Source of the DNA: Squalus acanthias
Taxonomy: Eukaryota
Length of the DNA stretch: 64,000 nucleotides
Assembly: GCA_030390025.1 (NCBI GenBank)
Contig: CM059431.1
Span: forward strand, 153,204,001-153,268,000
Direction of reading: 5' to 3'
The notes beneath the pieces are model-generated. The model was not told where the DNA came from. It saw nothing but the letters and a program-made list of their open reading frames with translations, and ran no database searches. Positions 40,831 to 53,109 of the stretch are shown here, in pieces (the first letter of the stretch is position 1; every line of letters begins with the position of its first letter). The translations under genes were made by a program, and so were the position numbers.

Positions 40831-41687
40831 CTCGTTTTAGTTATTTAATTAGGAATGGCTTGTATCGGATGCCTCCATCTGCCTGATCTTGGGTTATCGC
40901 TGTGTGTGCTGAAGTGTGGTGTTGCTCGTGAATACGATACCAGCATGCGATGTGCATGATGAAGATGCCCTGAAGAATGGGTCCAAGACATGGTCAGTCA
41001 CGCTGAAGTCAACACTACAAGAAATGGTTAATGTGGCTCTGGATAAAGTAATGTGTAAAGCAAATGGGTAGAGATCTGCAGAAGAGAATAGATCGAGATA
41101 GATATATGATGCTGATGAACTTTAGTTTTTGTGTTGGCCTTAAGTAATCTACCGCCAACAGTCGGGTATTGTAAGGAAAGAGTTAATTAGACTGTCCTAA
41201 AGTTTGCTAATGTTATACTGTATTGGTTTATCTTTCTATAGCGTTAATGTATAATATTTTGCGTTTGCCTGTTAAGCAGGGATGTACAAGTGTACTTAAA
41301 GTAACAGTGGACTGATGTGCCAGGGCCGTTCATGCAGCAATGCTCAGTCACAGGAGGAAGCAATAAGAGATTTATACAACACATGTCATTGCAAACTGAT
41401 TCATACATTTCAGAGAACTTTAATCATTTGCTACAAGGTGGGAAGATAGTTAGTTCCAGAACGGAAACATCGGGGCATGCATCATCATTTTAATTGGTAC
41501 GAATTATACAGAAATAAAAGTAGATTTATAATTAATGGTTTCACTTGGTAGAATTGAAATGCTGTGGTCAAGAGTGAAACTATTGATAAGATAATGACTC
41601 GAATGGAATTACGCTTGTAAGCCCACCAGAAAAAGAGATTGTTTCGTAAGGAAAACTATCCTTATTGATCAACGATAAGTCGAGGAA

Positions 41688-42527
41688 GCTGATGGGGTGC
41701 GAAACAACTAGTGCCCGGGCGCGCCGCTTTTTTTGCGCCACTCACGAAATTGACCAGACATTTTGCGGCGCTAAACACTACCACCACGATCTCCTGCGCC
41801 CATAGATCGTGACGTCAGTCGATCGTGCAAGGCCCCGGTAGTGTCCCGGACCGGAGATTGAATGGTGCCCCCTGCCTTACCTCCTGCCGCTAGAAGTGAC
41901 ATGTTGAGGGGAGCGTTTTGCAGTCTGGAAGGGACTGGGGAGCGCTATTTACAGGCGATCGCTTCCTGCCTTATTATTATCTGCGACATTTTTGCACCAC
42001 GCATTCTGCGAGAGAGGGAGAGACTTCTGGAGAGATTCAACGCTGTGTGAACGAGTTTTGGGTCCTGAGCAGCAGTTTGCAGGCTGATTTTGATTTGACC
42101 TTCCTTGCATCGATTTAGAAGAGATTATGTGGGCTGCACTCTGAGCTCTTTCCCTGTGTATCCTCATTGTTCTTTCCAGCAGATTTGATGTACAGCTCTC
42201 TCCAGGGCGAGATGCAAGGCTGCAATGAGCAGGGTGTGGATGGAGAGCAAGATCGACACTCCCCTTTACGAACTGCCCAGCCCTAGTGTGTCTGTGTTCC
42301 ATTGCTGACTGACATCACATGAGCTTCGCCAGCGCTCTGAGGTGGCGACTCGCTCCCCGGCGTTAGCACCTTAAGAGATGTGTGTAGCGTTTGATTCAGC
42401 TGTCCAATCACCTCCAGGAACGATAGAAGTCATGTCTGCAGTCGAAGGTGATAATTAGCGCCAGGCGCTAAACTTTGCACCCGGCCGATAATTGCGCCCC
42501 AATAGGGGCGATACCGAATTTCTCCCC
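41688..42527. mobile_element. Harbinger-derived MITE, copy C, left TIR missing
   Basis: Colinear with copy A; right end GAATTTCTCCCC. Confidence 0.8.
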
Positions 42528-42528
42528 C

Positions 42529-43570
42529 ATTTAATGTAGTAAAAGGTCTCAAACTGCTTCACAGTCCAACATTTGACACCGAGCCACATAAGAAAAATGT
42601 AGGGCAAATGACCCTAAGCTTGGTCCAAGTGGTAGGACTCAAGGAGCATCATAAAGGAAGAAAGAGAGGTAAAGATGCGGAGAGGTTCAGGGAGCGAGTC
42701 CCAGCGCATAGGGCCTAGGCAGCTGAAGGGACAGACACCAATGTTTGAGCGATTATAATCAGGGTTTCTCAAGTGGTTAGAATTCGAGGAGCATTAATAT
42801 GTTGGGGGCTTCTGTGCTGAGGGAGGTTACAGAGATAGGGAGGGCCGAGACCACGGCAGGATTTGAAAACAAGAATGAATATTTTGAAATAAGGCTTTGA
42901 TTAACCGGGAGCCAATATAGGTCAGTGAGCACAGGGGTGATGGGTGAACGGGACTTGGCGCGAGTTAGGACACGTGCAGGAATGTTTTGGATGACCTCAC
43001 GTTTACATAAGGTAGAATGTGGGAGGCCAGCCCGGAGTGCGTTGCAATACTCAAGTCTAGAGGTAACAAAGGCATGGATGAGGGTTTCAGCAGCGGATGA
43101 GCTGAGTCAGGGGCGGACATGGGGAATGTTGTGGAGGTGCAAGTAGGCGGTTTTATGCCGCTGACATGTGGTTGCAATCTCATTCAGGGTCAAATATGGC
43201 ACTATGTTTGCGAACTGTCTTCAGCCTCAGACAAATGCTAGGGAGAGGGATGGAGTCGGTGATTATAGAACGGTGTTTGTGGAGGGGACTGAAAACAATG
43301 GCTTCGGTCTTCCCAAAATTTATTTGGGGAACATTTCTGCTCATCCAGTACTGGATGTCGGACAAACAGTTTGACAATTTAAAGACGGATGGAGGGCTCG
43401 AGAGCAGTGGTGATGAGGTAGAGCTGGGTGTCGTCAGCGTACATGTGGAAACTGACGCCGTGCTTTCGGATGATGTCGTCAAGGGGCAGCATATAGTGGA
43501 GAAATAGGAGGGGGTCAAGGATAGATCTTTTGAGTCCTCAGAGGTAATGATGCAGGAGTGGGAAGAGGGA
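42529..43570 (-). mobile_element. L2 LINE fragment
   Basis: Minus strand [10 protein letters not shown]...[15 protein letters not shown]...LSNCLSDIQYWMSRN...GKTEAIVF. Confidence 0.8.
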
Positions 43571-44689
43571 ATTTCGCTTCTAAGCCCACCAGACAAAGAG
43601 AACGTTATGCAGGGAAAACTAACCTTACTGATAAAGGATATTTCGATGAAAGTCTCATATATGAATTTACATTTTAACTATCATATATTTATATCATGCA
43701 ACATTATGTGGATGGTCACAGAGAGGGAGTGAGGCAATTGTAATAAAACTGGCTGTTTGTACTGAGTATTCTGATTCTTAAAAGCTTAAGATACTGAGCT
43801 GAGAACTGTAAGATGTTTCAATCGCCATGCAACCATCATCAGGTGTGGCTGCAATTTGCACCTTTTAACCATATGTTTAAGTACTATTGCATGTACCGTG
43901 TGCTCAATAAACCTGTGACACCTCACGTCAATTTTCAAGCACGTTATGGAAAACTTTACTCTAACAACAGCATGCGTACTTTAATAGTCCGTGGGATTCA
44001 TATATTATTTGTGATTAAGTGCCCCTTTACCCGTCACTCGTTCACGTTCCACTTTATGCTGACGTTCTCAAAACAAACAAACTCCATTTGTTTTCAGGTC
44101 CCCGGAGCCCCGGCTCTGCCAATCCGGCTCGCATCCTTCTTCTGGGAGAAGTGGTGATGTGTTGCTGGTAGGACTGAGCAGGAAGTTGATTCTCATTTAA
44201 GTAGTTTTAGACGACGAACACTATTTATGGCAAGAGTCAGGCAGCAGGTTGGGGTTTTAATTCCGTCAGTCAATGATGTATCTGCACCCAGCTACAATCG
44301 TGAGACGGCGCCTTGTAATCAATGACATCATCCAATATAAACAAGTATTATACAACTCAAAGCCATGCAGAAGTAACCATTGCATTACCGTGTCAAATTC
44401 AATCCCATACGGTTGTGCTTCTTCTTCCTGTTTCTAATTTAATAGTTGTTGGGTTTCCTTGAGTCCCCCTATTTCTAATATTAAAGTTACTGTGTGTCCC
44501 TGATATTCTCATCTCCTCTATTTCTAAATAAACGTTTGCTGCGTTCCCCTCAATTCCCATATCCGTCATAACATCGCCGACAGCACGTCAGAGAAACATG
44601 GCCGACGGCACGTCAGACAGCCAGCAGACACACGTTCCTCAAACACAGAGGGAGAGAGAATAACGCTGACTAAAGCTCAATGACACACA

Positions 44690-45320
44690 CAGCCTGACGT
44701 CACACAGAGTGCAGACTGATGTAACACAGGCTGCAGTCAGAGTCACGCAGACTGCGGACAGAGTAAAAAAGACTGCGGACAGAGTAACAAAGACTGCAGA
44801 CAGAGTCTAACAGACGGCAGCCTGAAGTCACACAGATTGCAGAGTTACACAGACTGGAGACAGAGTCACACATGCAGACTGACGTCACATAAAATGCAGA
44901 CAGTGTGACACAGACTGCAGAAAATGTCACACAGACTGCAGACAGAGTCATACAGACTGCAGACAGGGTCACACAGACTGCAGACTTAAATCACACAGAC
45001 GGCAGAATTACGTCACACTGACTGCAGACAGAGTAACACAGACTGCAGTAAACGTCACACAGACTGCAGACGGTCGTCACACTGACTGCAGACAGACGTC
45101 ACACAGAATGTAGACTGACGTCACACAGGCGGTAGACAGACTCGCACAGATTGTAGATTGACGTCACACAGACTGCAGACAGTCGCACAGACTGCAGACA
45201 ACTTCACGTAGACTGCAAACTGACGTTACACAGACTGCAGAAAGCGTCACACAGACTGCAGACAGAGTCACACAGACTGCAAACCGACGTCACACAGAAC
45301 GCAGACAGATTCACACAGAC
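44690..45320. repeat. Degenerate 21-23 bp tandem repeat (CACACAGACTGCAGACAGAGT)
   Basis: Repeated CACACAGACTGCAGAC core. Confidence 0.88.
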
Positions 45321-45412
45321 TTGGCTTTATCAGGGCAGCTGTGGGCACGGAATGAAGCGGCTGCAGTTCCCACCAGAGCCACTCAGTGTCGCTATTTCCG
45401 TCGCCCATCAGA

Positions 45413-45485
45413 GCCCCGATAGCTCAGTCGGTAGAGCATCAGACTTTTATTCTGAGTGTCCAGGCTTCAAGTCCCTGTTCGAGCG
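45413..45485 (+). pseudogene. tRNA-Lys(TTT), probable pseudogene
   Basis: GCCCCGATAGCTCAGTCGGTAGAGCATCAGACTTTTATTCTGAGTGTCCAGGCTTCAAGTCCCTGTTCGAGCG; substitutions in the acceptor stem and B box. Confidence 0.82.
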
Positions 45486-45825
45486 CTGCTTTCTATCAAT
45501 GGAAACACCATTTGATTTAGACTTCTAAGCAACGACTTTGTTTATAACCTATCAGTAAAGTTGGTTTATATTTCAAGAAAAATGAAAAATATTCTTGTAT
45601 TATATTGAGGCTATAGGAAAGATCAGCGTGAATTGACAGTTTTTTTTATGGTGCTGAGGCCTATGCAGTACATCATAAACATTTATCAGAATTTCCTTGC
45701 TTTGTACTCTATTCCTCTGTTAATAAAGCCAAGGTTCCCATTTGTTTTTCAACTACGTTCTCAACTTGTCCTGCCACCGTCAAAGATTTGTGGACATAAA
45801 CCCCCGGCGGTGAGTTTAGGCCTTC

Positions 45826-46990
45826 GATAAGGTACCCCATAATAGACTGATGCACAAGGTCAGAGAATGCGGAATCAGGGGACTAGTAGCAGAATGGATT
45901 GCTGGCTTGCTTCTGAAAAAAAGCAGAGTGTAGGATTAAAGTGTAGCTATTCACAGTGGCAGAAGTTGAGTAGAGGTATTCCACAAGGATCAGTGCTGGG
46001 ACCACTGCAGTGCACAATTTACAGTAACGATTTAGACTTAGGAATCAAAAACAGAATTTCTAAATTTGCGGATGACACCAAATTACGGGGGCGGGGGCGG
46101 GTGGGGGGATAGGCAATACTGAGGAGGACTGCAACAAGTTACAGGAGGACATGAATAAACTTGCAGAATGGGCATATAATTGGAAAATGAAGTTCAACAA
46201 TGATAAATGTGAGGTATTACATTTTGGTAGGAAGAATAGGGAGGTCACTTATCACTCGGAGTGTTTGCGTCTAGGTGGGGTAGAGAGACAAAGGATCTAG
46301 GAGTACAAATACACAAATCTCTCAAAGTTGCGACACAGGTTAGAAAGGCCATAAAAAGCATAACAAGCATTATGGTTTATTTCTAGAGAGATATAATCGA
46401 AAAGTAGGGAAGTTATGCTAAACCTGTATCGAACCTTGGTTCGACCACACTTAGAGTGCTGCGTACAGTTCTGGTCGCAATATTTTAAAAAGCATTGAAT
46501 TGAGAGGCACTGGAGAGGGTGCAGAAAATATTTACAAGGATGATACTAGAAATGTGAGAGTATACATATCAGGAAAGGACGAACTGGCTGGGTCTCTTTT
46601 CTCTTGAAAAAAGTAGGCTAAATGGTGACCTAATAGAGGTCTCTAAAATTATGAAAAAAGTTGATAGAGTGGATACAGTGAGAATATTTCCACTTATGAG
46701 GAAGAGAATAACTAGAGGCCATTAATAAAAGCAAGTCACCAAGAATACAATCGGAAATTCAGAAGAAACTTCTTTACCCAAGGATTGGTGTGAATGTGGA
46801 ACTCGCTACTACAGGGAGTATTTGAAGCGAATAGGATAGATGCTTTTAAGGGGAGGCTAGTCAATGAGGGATAAAGCAAATGGAGGGTTATGCTGCTAGA
46901 TTTAGATGAGGAAAGACGGGAGAAAGTTCGTGTGTAGCATAAACGCCGGCATGGACAGGTTGGCCGAATCGCCTGTTTCTGTTCTGTATA
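45826..46990 (+). mobile_element. Degraded CR1 ORF2 3' part
   Basis: GIPQGSVLGP, SKFADDTKL. Confidence 0.8.
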
Positions 46991-47430
46991 GAGTCATTGA
47001 GTCATAACGGCACAGAAGGAGGGCATTCGGCCCATCGAGGCCGTGCCGGCTCTCTGTAGAGCAATTCAGTCAGTCCCATTCTCCCGCTGTATCCCCGTAT
47101 CCCTGCAGATTTATTTCCCTCAAGTGCCTATCCAGTCTCCCCTTGGAAACAATGAGTGTGTCTGCTTCCACCACTTCCGTCGTACAGTGAGATCCAGGCC
47201 CTCACCACTCGCTGCGTAAAACAGTTTTTCCTCACACCCCGTTGTATCTCTTTCCCAAAACCTTAAATCTGTGTAGAACCACAGGAAAATAGGAGCAGGA
47301 GTAGGACATTCGGCTCTTCGAGCCTGCTCCGCCATTCAATATGATCATGGCTCATCCTCTATCTCAGTACCATATTCCCGCTCTATCCCCATACCCCTTG
47401 ATGTCTTTTGCTTCTAGGAATCTACGTATC
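46991..47430 (-). mobile_element. Two nested CR1 3'-end fragments
   Basis: Reverse complements of the CR1 3' UTR types seen at 33.6 kb and 9.5 kb. Confidence 0.65.
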
Positions 47431-47439
47431 AAAAGGTAA

Positions 47440-47552
47440 TGTCAGAAGTGGGTTTCGAAACATCGTCTCCTCGAAAGGGACCAGAATTCACCAACCTTTG
47501 GTAAGGATTAACATGTTGTATGAGTCTGGCGCCTTAGACCACTCAGCCTGAC
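47440..47552 (-). pseudogene. Intron-containing tRNA-Leu(CAA)-derived pseudogene (anticodon now CAT)
   Basis: GTCAGG-CTGAGTGGTCTAAGGCGCCAGACTCAT, about 30 nt of intron, TTCTGGTC...TTCGAAACCCACTTCTGACA, then TTTT. Confidence 0.75.
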
Positions 47553-47758
47553 AAATATGCAACTGTGTCCCCTTGCCCTTGTAACACCAACTATTGGGAA
47601 CAACCTTTCCCCGTCTACCCTATCCAAAGTGCGAGAAATATTTCCTGACACCTGTTGATTTTCACAAGAACCATCGGTTTATGTCCCAAAAGAAGGCGGC
47701 AATTCTCAAACGGAACACGGACTGTAATTGAGCTTGAATTAGGGCAGGAAGATATAGT

Positions 47759-49574
47759 TTAATTCTTCATTTAATTAACCAATATCAAAATCAATGTCCA
47801 AGGAGATTTCACCACCTTCTTCAGCTCTTCATTGAATTCGGTTCAGGGTCGCTGCATAAATACACGTGTTTCTACAGGAACTCAAATACATGAGCATATA
47901 TCCGCTTTCAGCCAGAATGTATTCAGGGGCTTCATAATCATCCTTGTAGTAAACGGCCAGGCTGTCCGTGAAAATACTCACGGTAGCTGTCATCCGCGAC
48001 AGTAAAAAGCTGCCCAATATAGTGAAGAGTAAAATGATGGATTTTCTCCGTATCTCCTCTCTGGATCGCTCTGATTCTCACTGCTGTGGCCCCGGAGTCC
48101 CCTGCGGCCCCTACTGCTTGCTACAATGCGTCTGACTGTCAAACAATTAAACATTCATATCAAAGCAAAAGTCAGCAATGGAACTAAAATACTTCGCAGT
48201 TGGAAGAACGATACACATCCAGACGATGAAAAAAAGGCTTCATTGGAGCGGCAACCCCAGGAAACATTGTTAATGATTCGTTGAGATTCATGGGAGAAAC
48301 GAAAGGGGATATCCTCTATACAGAACAGCACAGTGACAGTTATTAAACCTGCTGCGGCAGTTCACACTGTGCAATACTTTGTTTTAAACTTCTGACAACA
48401 TATCGCTAGAAATCGGTCAAAATTGAACGAGACTGTGAACCACACCGACATATAGCATGTGACAGTATTGATGTAATGAATGGACTTACACACGGCAGTG
48501 TAGGACAGGACTGAATGCGGAACGTGGTAACAGAAACTCAGAAACACCAGTAACTGGGAGATGATGACGTAAGATCTGCTGCCGCCATGGCCACCATGTA
48601 GACCGAGATACATTTGGAAAGGCCGCAATTTTCGCTGGAGAGAATCAGGATTGTCAGTAGGTTCGCTGTAAGGAAGAGGGAGAAGAGGCCAGTAACGGGG
48701 ATACTCAGATAAATCTCACAGGATATTGTGGGGGAATGCTCAGATGTGTCCCTACTTAGCGTTACGTACCCTCATTTGTTTTACTATATAGGCGAGCGTT
48801 GAGGAGATTTGATTTAGAAGAAATGAAACATTGAATATTCAATATAGAGGGACTCAAATTCCGACTCCCTTCCACCGTACTTCAGACAGCGGTTATATAT
48901 AATTTCGCTGCAATTGCTGGAAAGATATGGCTGCAATAAAATATTCAGCTGAGAAACATATATTTCAATACATGTCGAAAACTCTGCGCTTTTTCTATTT
49001 ACGGTCGCCCTGGGGGGAGCTGCTCGGTAACAGAGCGGGAGCTGGTGGAGCCGCGAAGGTTCTTTACAGCCGAGCGGAGGGGAGCAACTCCCTGAGCGGC
49101 AATTGTTGCTCATAATATCTTTCAAAGTCCCCTGTTGGGGGGAGGTTCCTGCAATCCGAGCAATTACCAACTGATAATAAACAGGGAACAAATGTACAAA
49201 TGAGATTGTAACCATGCACACTAGGCAGCACATTCTGTAGTGATCCATATAGTTTTGGAGGGGCCGCGGAATCAGCCTCGCCCTCCCTCAGTATAGAGAG
49301 GAAAGTTGAGCGCCCGGTGCCCACGATCTACCTGACAGAATAGCGCTTCACCGGCCGCGCGGACTGGTAGGATTCCCACAGATATTTATCAAATTATCCC
49401 GGTGGCTAAATGACTCTGCAACGGGGACCTTCACGGAATCTGTTACATAATCATTAGCAGTGAGACACTCAACAACTATTAAACAACAGGATACATTGAC
49501 TTGCTGAGAAAACCAAAGGCTGCAAGAACATGATAGTATATGTCCTTTATCTGTAGAATTATTGGCCGTGCCAT
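47759..49574 (-). pseudogene. GPR139-like GPCR copy 3, pseudogene (exon 1 49574-49505, exon 2 48665-47759)
   Basis: Closest to copy 2. Frameshift near 48570, TGA at 48362-48364, further indels near 48058 and 47845, GC at the donor site. Confidence 0.9.
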
Positions 49575-50470
49575 TTTTAGAAGATTGTGTGAATAGGCCA
49601 TCATTTATATTAGAGTAGGGTCGCCATCGTTTATATAAGAGTAGGGTCACCACCAGTAATTTTAGAGTAGGGATATTTCCTGTAAATTTAGACTAGGTTT
49701 ACCACGAGTAATGTCAGAGACGGGTCACCACCAGTAATGTTACAGTAGTGTCACCACCAGTAATGTTTGAGTCGGTTCACCACCAGTAATGTTAGAGTAC
49801 GGTAACCGCCACTAATGTTAGAATAGGGTCACCACCATTAATGTTAGTGTAGGTTCACCACCAGTAATGTTAGAATAGGGTCAGCACCAGTAATGTTATT
49901 GTAGGGTCACTGCCAGTAATGATAGATTAGGGTCACCACCAGTAATGTTAGATTAGGTCAACACCAGTAATGTTATGAAGGTTCACCACCACTAATTTCA
50001 CAGTACATTCACCACCAGTATTGCTCGAGTAGGTTCGCCCCCAGTAATGTGAGCCTTGGGACATCAACACTAATGTTAGTGCAGCCTCAGTGCCAGTACC
50101 GTTCGAATAGTGTCACCACAAGTAATGTTATACTCAGTTCACCACCAATAAGGTTAGAGTAGATGTAACTCCAGTAATGTTCTTATCGGATCATCATCAG
50201 CAATGTTAGAGTAGACTCACCATCATTAATGTTAGAGGAGGGTCACCAGCAGTAATGTAAAAGTAGGTTCACCGCGAGTAATGTTAGTAGGATTACCATC
50301 AGTAATGTTAGAATAGAGTCACCACCAGTAATGTTAGTTTAGAATCACCACGAGTAATGTTAGAATAGGGTCACCACCAGTAATGATAGAGTAGGCTCAC
50401 CACCAAGAATGATAGGGTCGGGTCACCACTATTAATGTTAGACTAGGTCCACCACCATGAATGTTAGGAT

Positions 50471-50600
50471 AGCAAAATACTGCGGATGCTGGAAATCCGA
50501 AATAACAACAGAAAACGCTGGAAAAACACAGCAGGCCAGGCAGCATCCGTTGAGAGAGAAAGAGAGTTAACGTTTCAGGTCGATGACCTTTCATCAGAAC
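50471..50600 (-). mobile_element. Penelope-like element terminus, second family
   Basis: About 130 bp of non-array sequence ending in a hammerhead motif; family assignment rests on that motif. Confidence 0.65.
50566..50600 (-). ncRNA. Minimal type I hammerhead ribozyme motif
   Basis: gtt-CTGATGA-a-aggtc-atc-gacct-GAAA-cg-TT-aac. Confidence 0.75.
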
Positions 50601-53026
50601 CATTAATGTTAGTGTTGGTTCGGCAGCGTTAATGATAGTCAAGGTTCACCACCAGTAATGTTAGAATATATTCTCCACCAGTAATGTTAAAGTAGGATCC
50701 CCGACAGTAATATTATATATGTGTCACCACCAATAATGTCAGCGTTGGTTCACCACCAGTAATGTTATAGTTGGAGCACCGGCACTAATGTCAGTGTAGG
50801 GTCACCTCCAATAATGTTAGACTAGGTTTAACACCAGTAATGTTAGAGTCGGGTCAATACCAGTAATGTTAAAGTAGGGTTATCTGCATTAATGTTAGAG
50901 AAGGTTCATCACCAGTAAAATATAAGTAGGATCACCACCAGTAATGTTAAAGTATTGCCATTACCAGTAATGGTAATGCAGAACCCCGTCAGTAATGTTG
51001 GAGTACAGTCATCACCAGTGATGTTAAAATAGACTCACCACAAGCAATGGTAAAGTAGGGTTACCGCCTTTAATGGTCGAGTAGGGTCCCCAGCAGTAAT
51101 GTTAGAGAAGAGTCACCACAATTAATGTTAGAGTAGGTTCACCAACAGTAATTTAGGAGTAGGGTCAACACCATTAGTGTTAGAGCAGATTCACCACAAC
51201 TAATGTTAAAGTAGACTCACCACCAGTAATCTTAGAGTAGGGTCACCAGCATTAAAGTTAGAGCAGATTCACCAGAAGTAATGTTAGAGTACGGTCAGCA
51301 CCAGTAATTTTAGAGTAGGGTCACTACCAGTAATGTTACAGTAGGCTCACAACCAATAATTTTAGATTAGGGTCACCAGCAGTAATATTACAGTAGGGCA
51401 TCCTCCAGTAATGTTAGAGTAGGGTCACAACCACTAATGTTAGAGTCGGGTCACCACCACTAATGTTACAGTAGGCTCGCAAACAGTAATTTTAGAGTAG
51501 GGTCACCACCAGCAATGCTGGATTACGATCACCACCAGTAATGTATGAATAGCTTCAGCACCATTAATGTTAAAGTAGATTCACCACCATTAATGTTAGA
51601 GTAGGTTCACCAACAGTAATTTAGGAGTAGGGTCAACACCATTAGTGTTAGAGCAGATTCACCACAACTAATGTTAAAGTAGACTCACCACCAGTAATCT
51701 TAGAGTAGGGTCACCAGCATTAAAGTTAGAGCAGATTCACCAGAAGTAATGTTAGAGTACGGTCAGCACCAGTAATTTTAGAGTAGGGTCACTACCAGTA
51801 ATGTTACAGTAGGCTCACAACCAATAATTTTAGATTAGGGTCACCAGCAGTAATATTACAGTAGGGCATCCTCCAGTAATGTTAGAGTAGGGTCACAACC
51901 ACTAATGTTAGAGTCGGGTCACCACCACTAATGTTACAGTAGGCTCGCAAACAGTAATTTTAGAGTAGGGTCACCACCAGCAATGCTGGATTACGATCAC
52001 CACCAGTAATGTATGAATAGCTTCAGCACCATTAATGTTAAAGTAGATTCACCACCATTAATGTTAGAGTAGGTTCACCAACAGTAATTTAGGAGTAGGG
52101 TCAACACCATTAGTGTTAGAGCAGATTCACCACAACTAATGTTAAAGTAGACTCACCACCAGTAATCTTAGAGTAGGGTCACCAGCATTAAAGTTAGAGC
52201 AGATTCACCAGAAGTAATGTTAGAGTACGGTCAGCACCAGTAATTTTAGAGTAGGGTCACTACCAGTAATGTTAGAGCAGATTCACCACAAGTAATGTTG
52301 AATTAGATTCACCGCTACTAACGGTAGAGTATGGCCCCAGCAGTAATGTTGGAGAAGAGTCACCACAATTAATGTTAGAGTAGGGTCAGCAACAGAGATA
52401 TTAGTTTAGAGTCACCACCAGTAATGTTAGAGTAGGGTCCCCAGCAGTAATGTTGGAGAAGAGTCACCACAATTAATGTTAGAGTAGGGTCAGCAACAGA
52501 GATATTAGTTTAGAGTCACCACCAGTAATGTTAGAGTAGGGTCCCCAGCAGTAATATTAGAGTAGGGTCACCACCAGTAATGTTACAGTATAGTCACCAC
52601 CAGTAATGTTAGAGTAGAGTCACCAGCAGTAATGTTAGAGTAGGGTCCCCAGCAGTAATGTTAGATTAGGGTCACCACCAGTATTTTTAAATCCTTTTCA
52701 CAACAGCAGTGTTAGCGCCGATTCATCTTCACAATGTAAAACCAATTTTAAATATGTAATGGATGACAGAAGATTTCACCCGATTATTATGAGGCCCCAA
52801 GAACCTAACACCTTGACCGGGAGTGGTGCTCCCTTCAGGAATCACATCTCTGGCGCAAAGATCACTTTCCGATCTTTAATTTTAAAGGGCGGATTTTCAT
52901 GTACTGAGGGACACATTTTCCCCATTGGCATCCCCGGTGCACTGTAGCGAAAAATTGTTTGTTACGTGATTGTAAGAAACGTCAGTTATTGTGGAAGCTG
53001 ATTTTTTCACGGGGCACCGAGTGTTC

Positions 53027-53032
53027 TATAAA
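53027..53032 (+). promoter_or_regulatory. TATA box of GPCR copy 4
   Basis: GTTC-TATAAA-GGGGGAGC starting 83 nt before the ATG. Confidence 0.6.
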
Positions 53033-53109
53033 GGGGGAGCATTTCCGGATCTCAGATACACTCCAGTCAGAAACGTGAACCGGACAGAATTCACACAACC
53101 TTCTATAAA

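Larger units (their letters stand above)
49600..52685 (-). repeat. 26-bp minisatellite array between GPCR copies 3 and 4
   Basis: CCAGTAATGTTAGAGTAGGGTCACCA units; 468-bp and 104-bp exact internal duplications. Confidence 0.95.
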
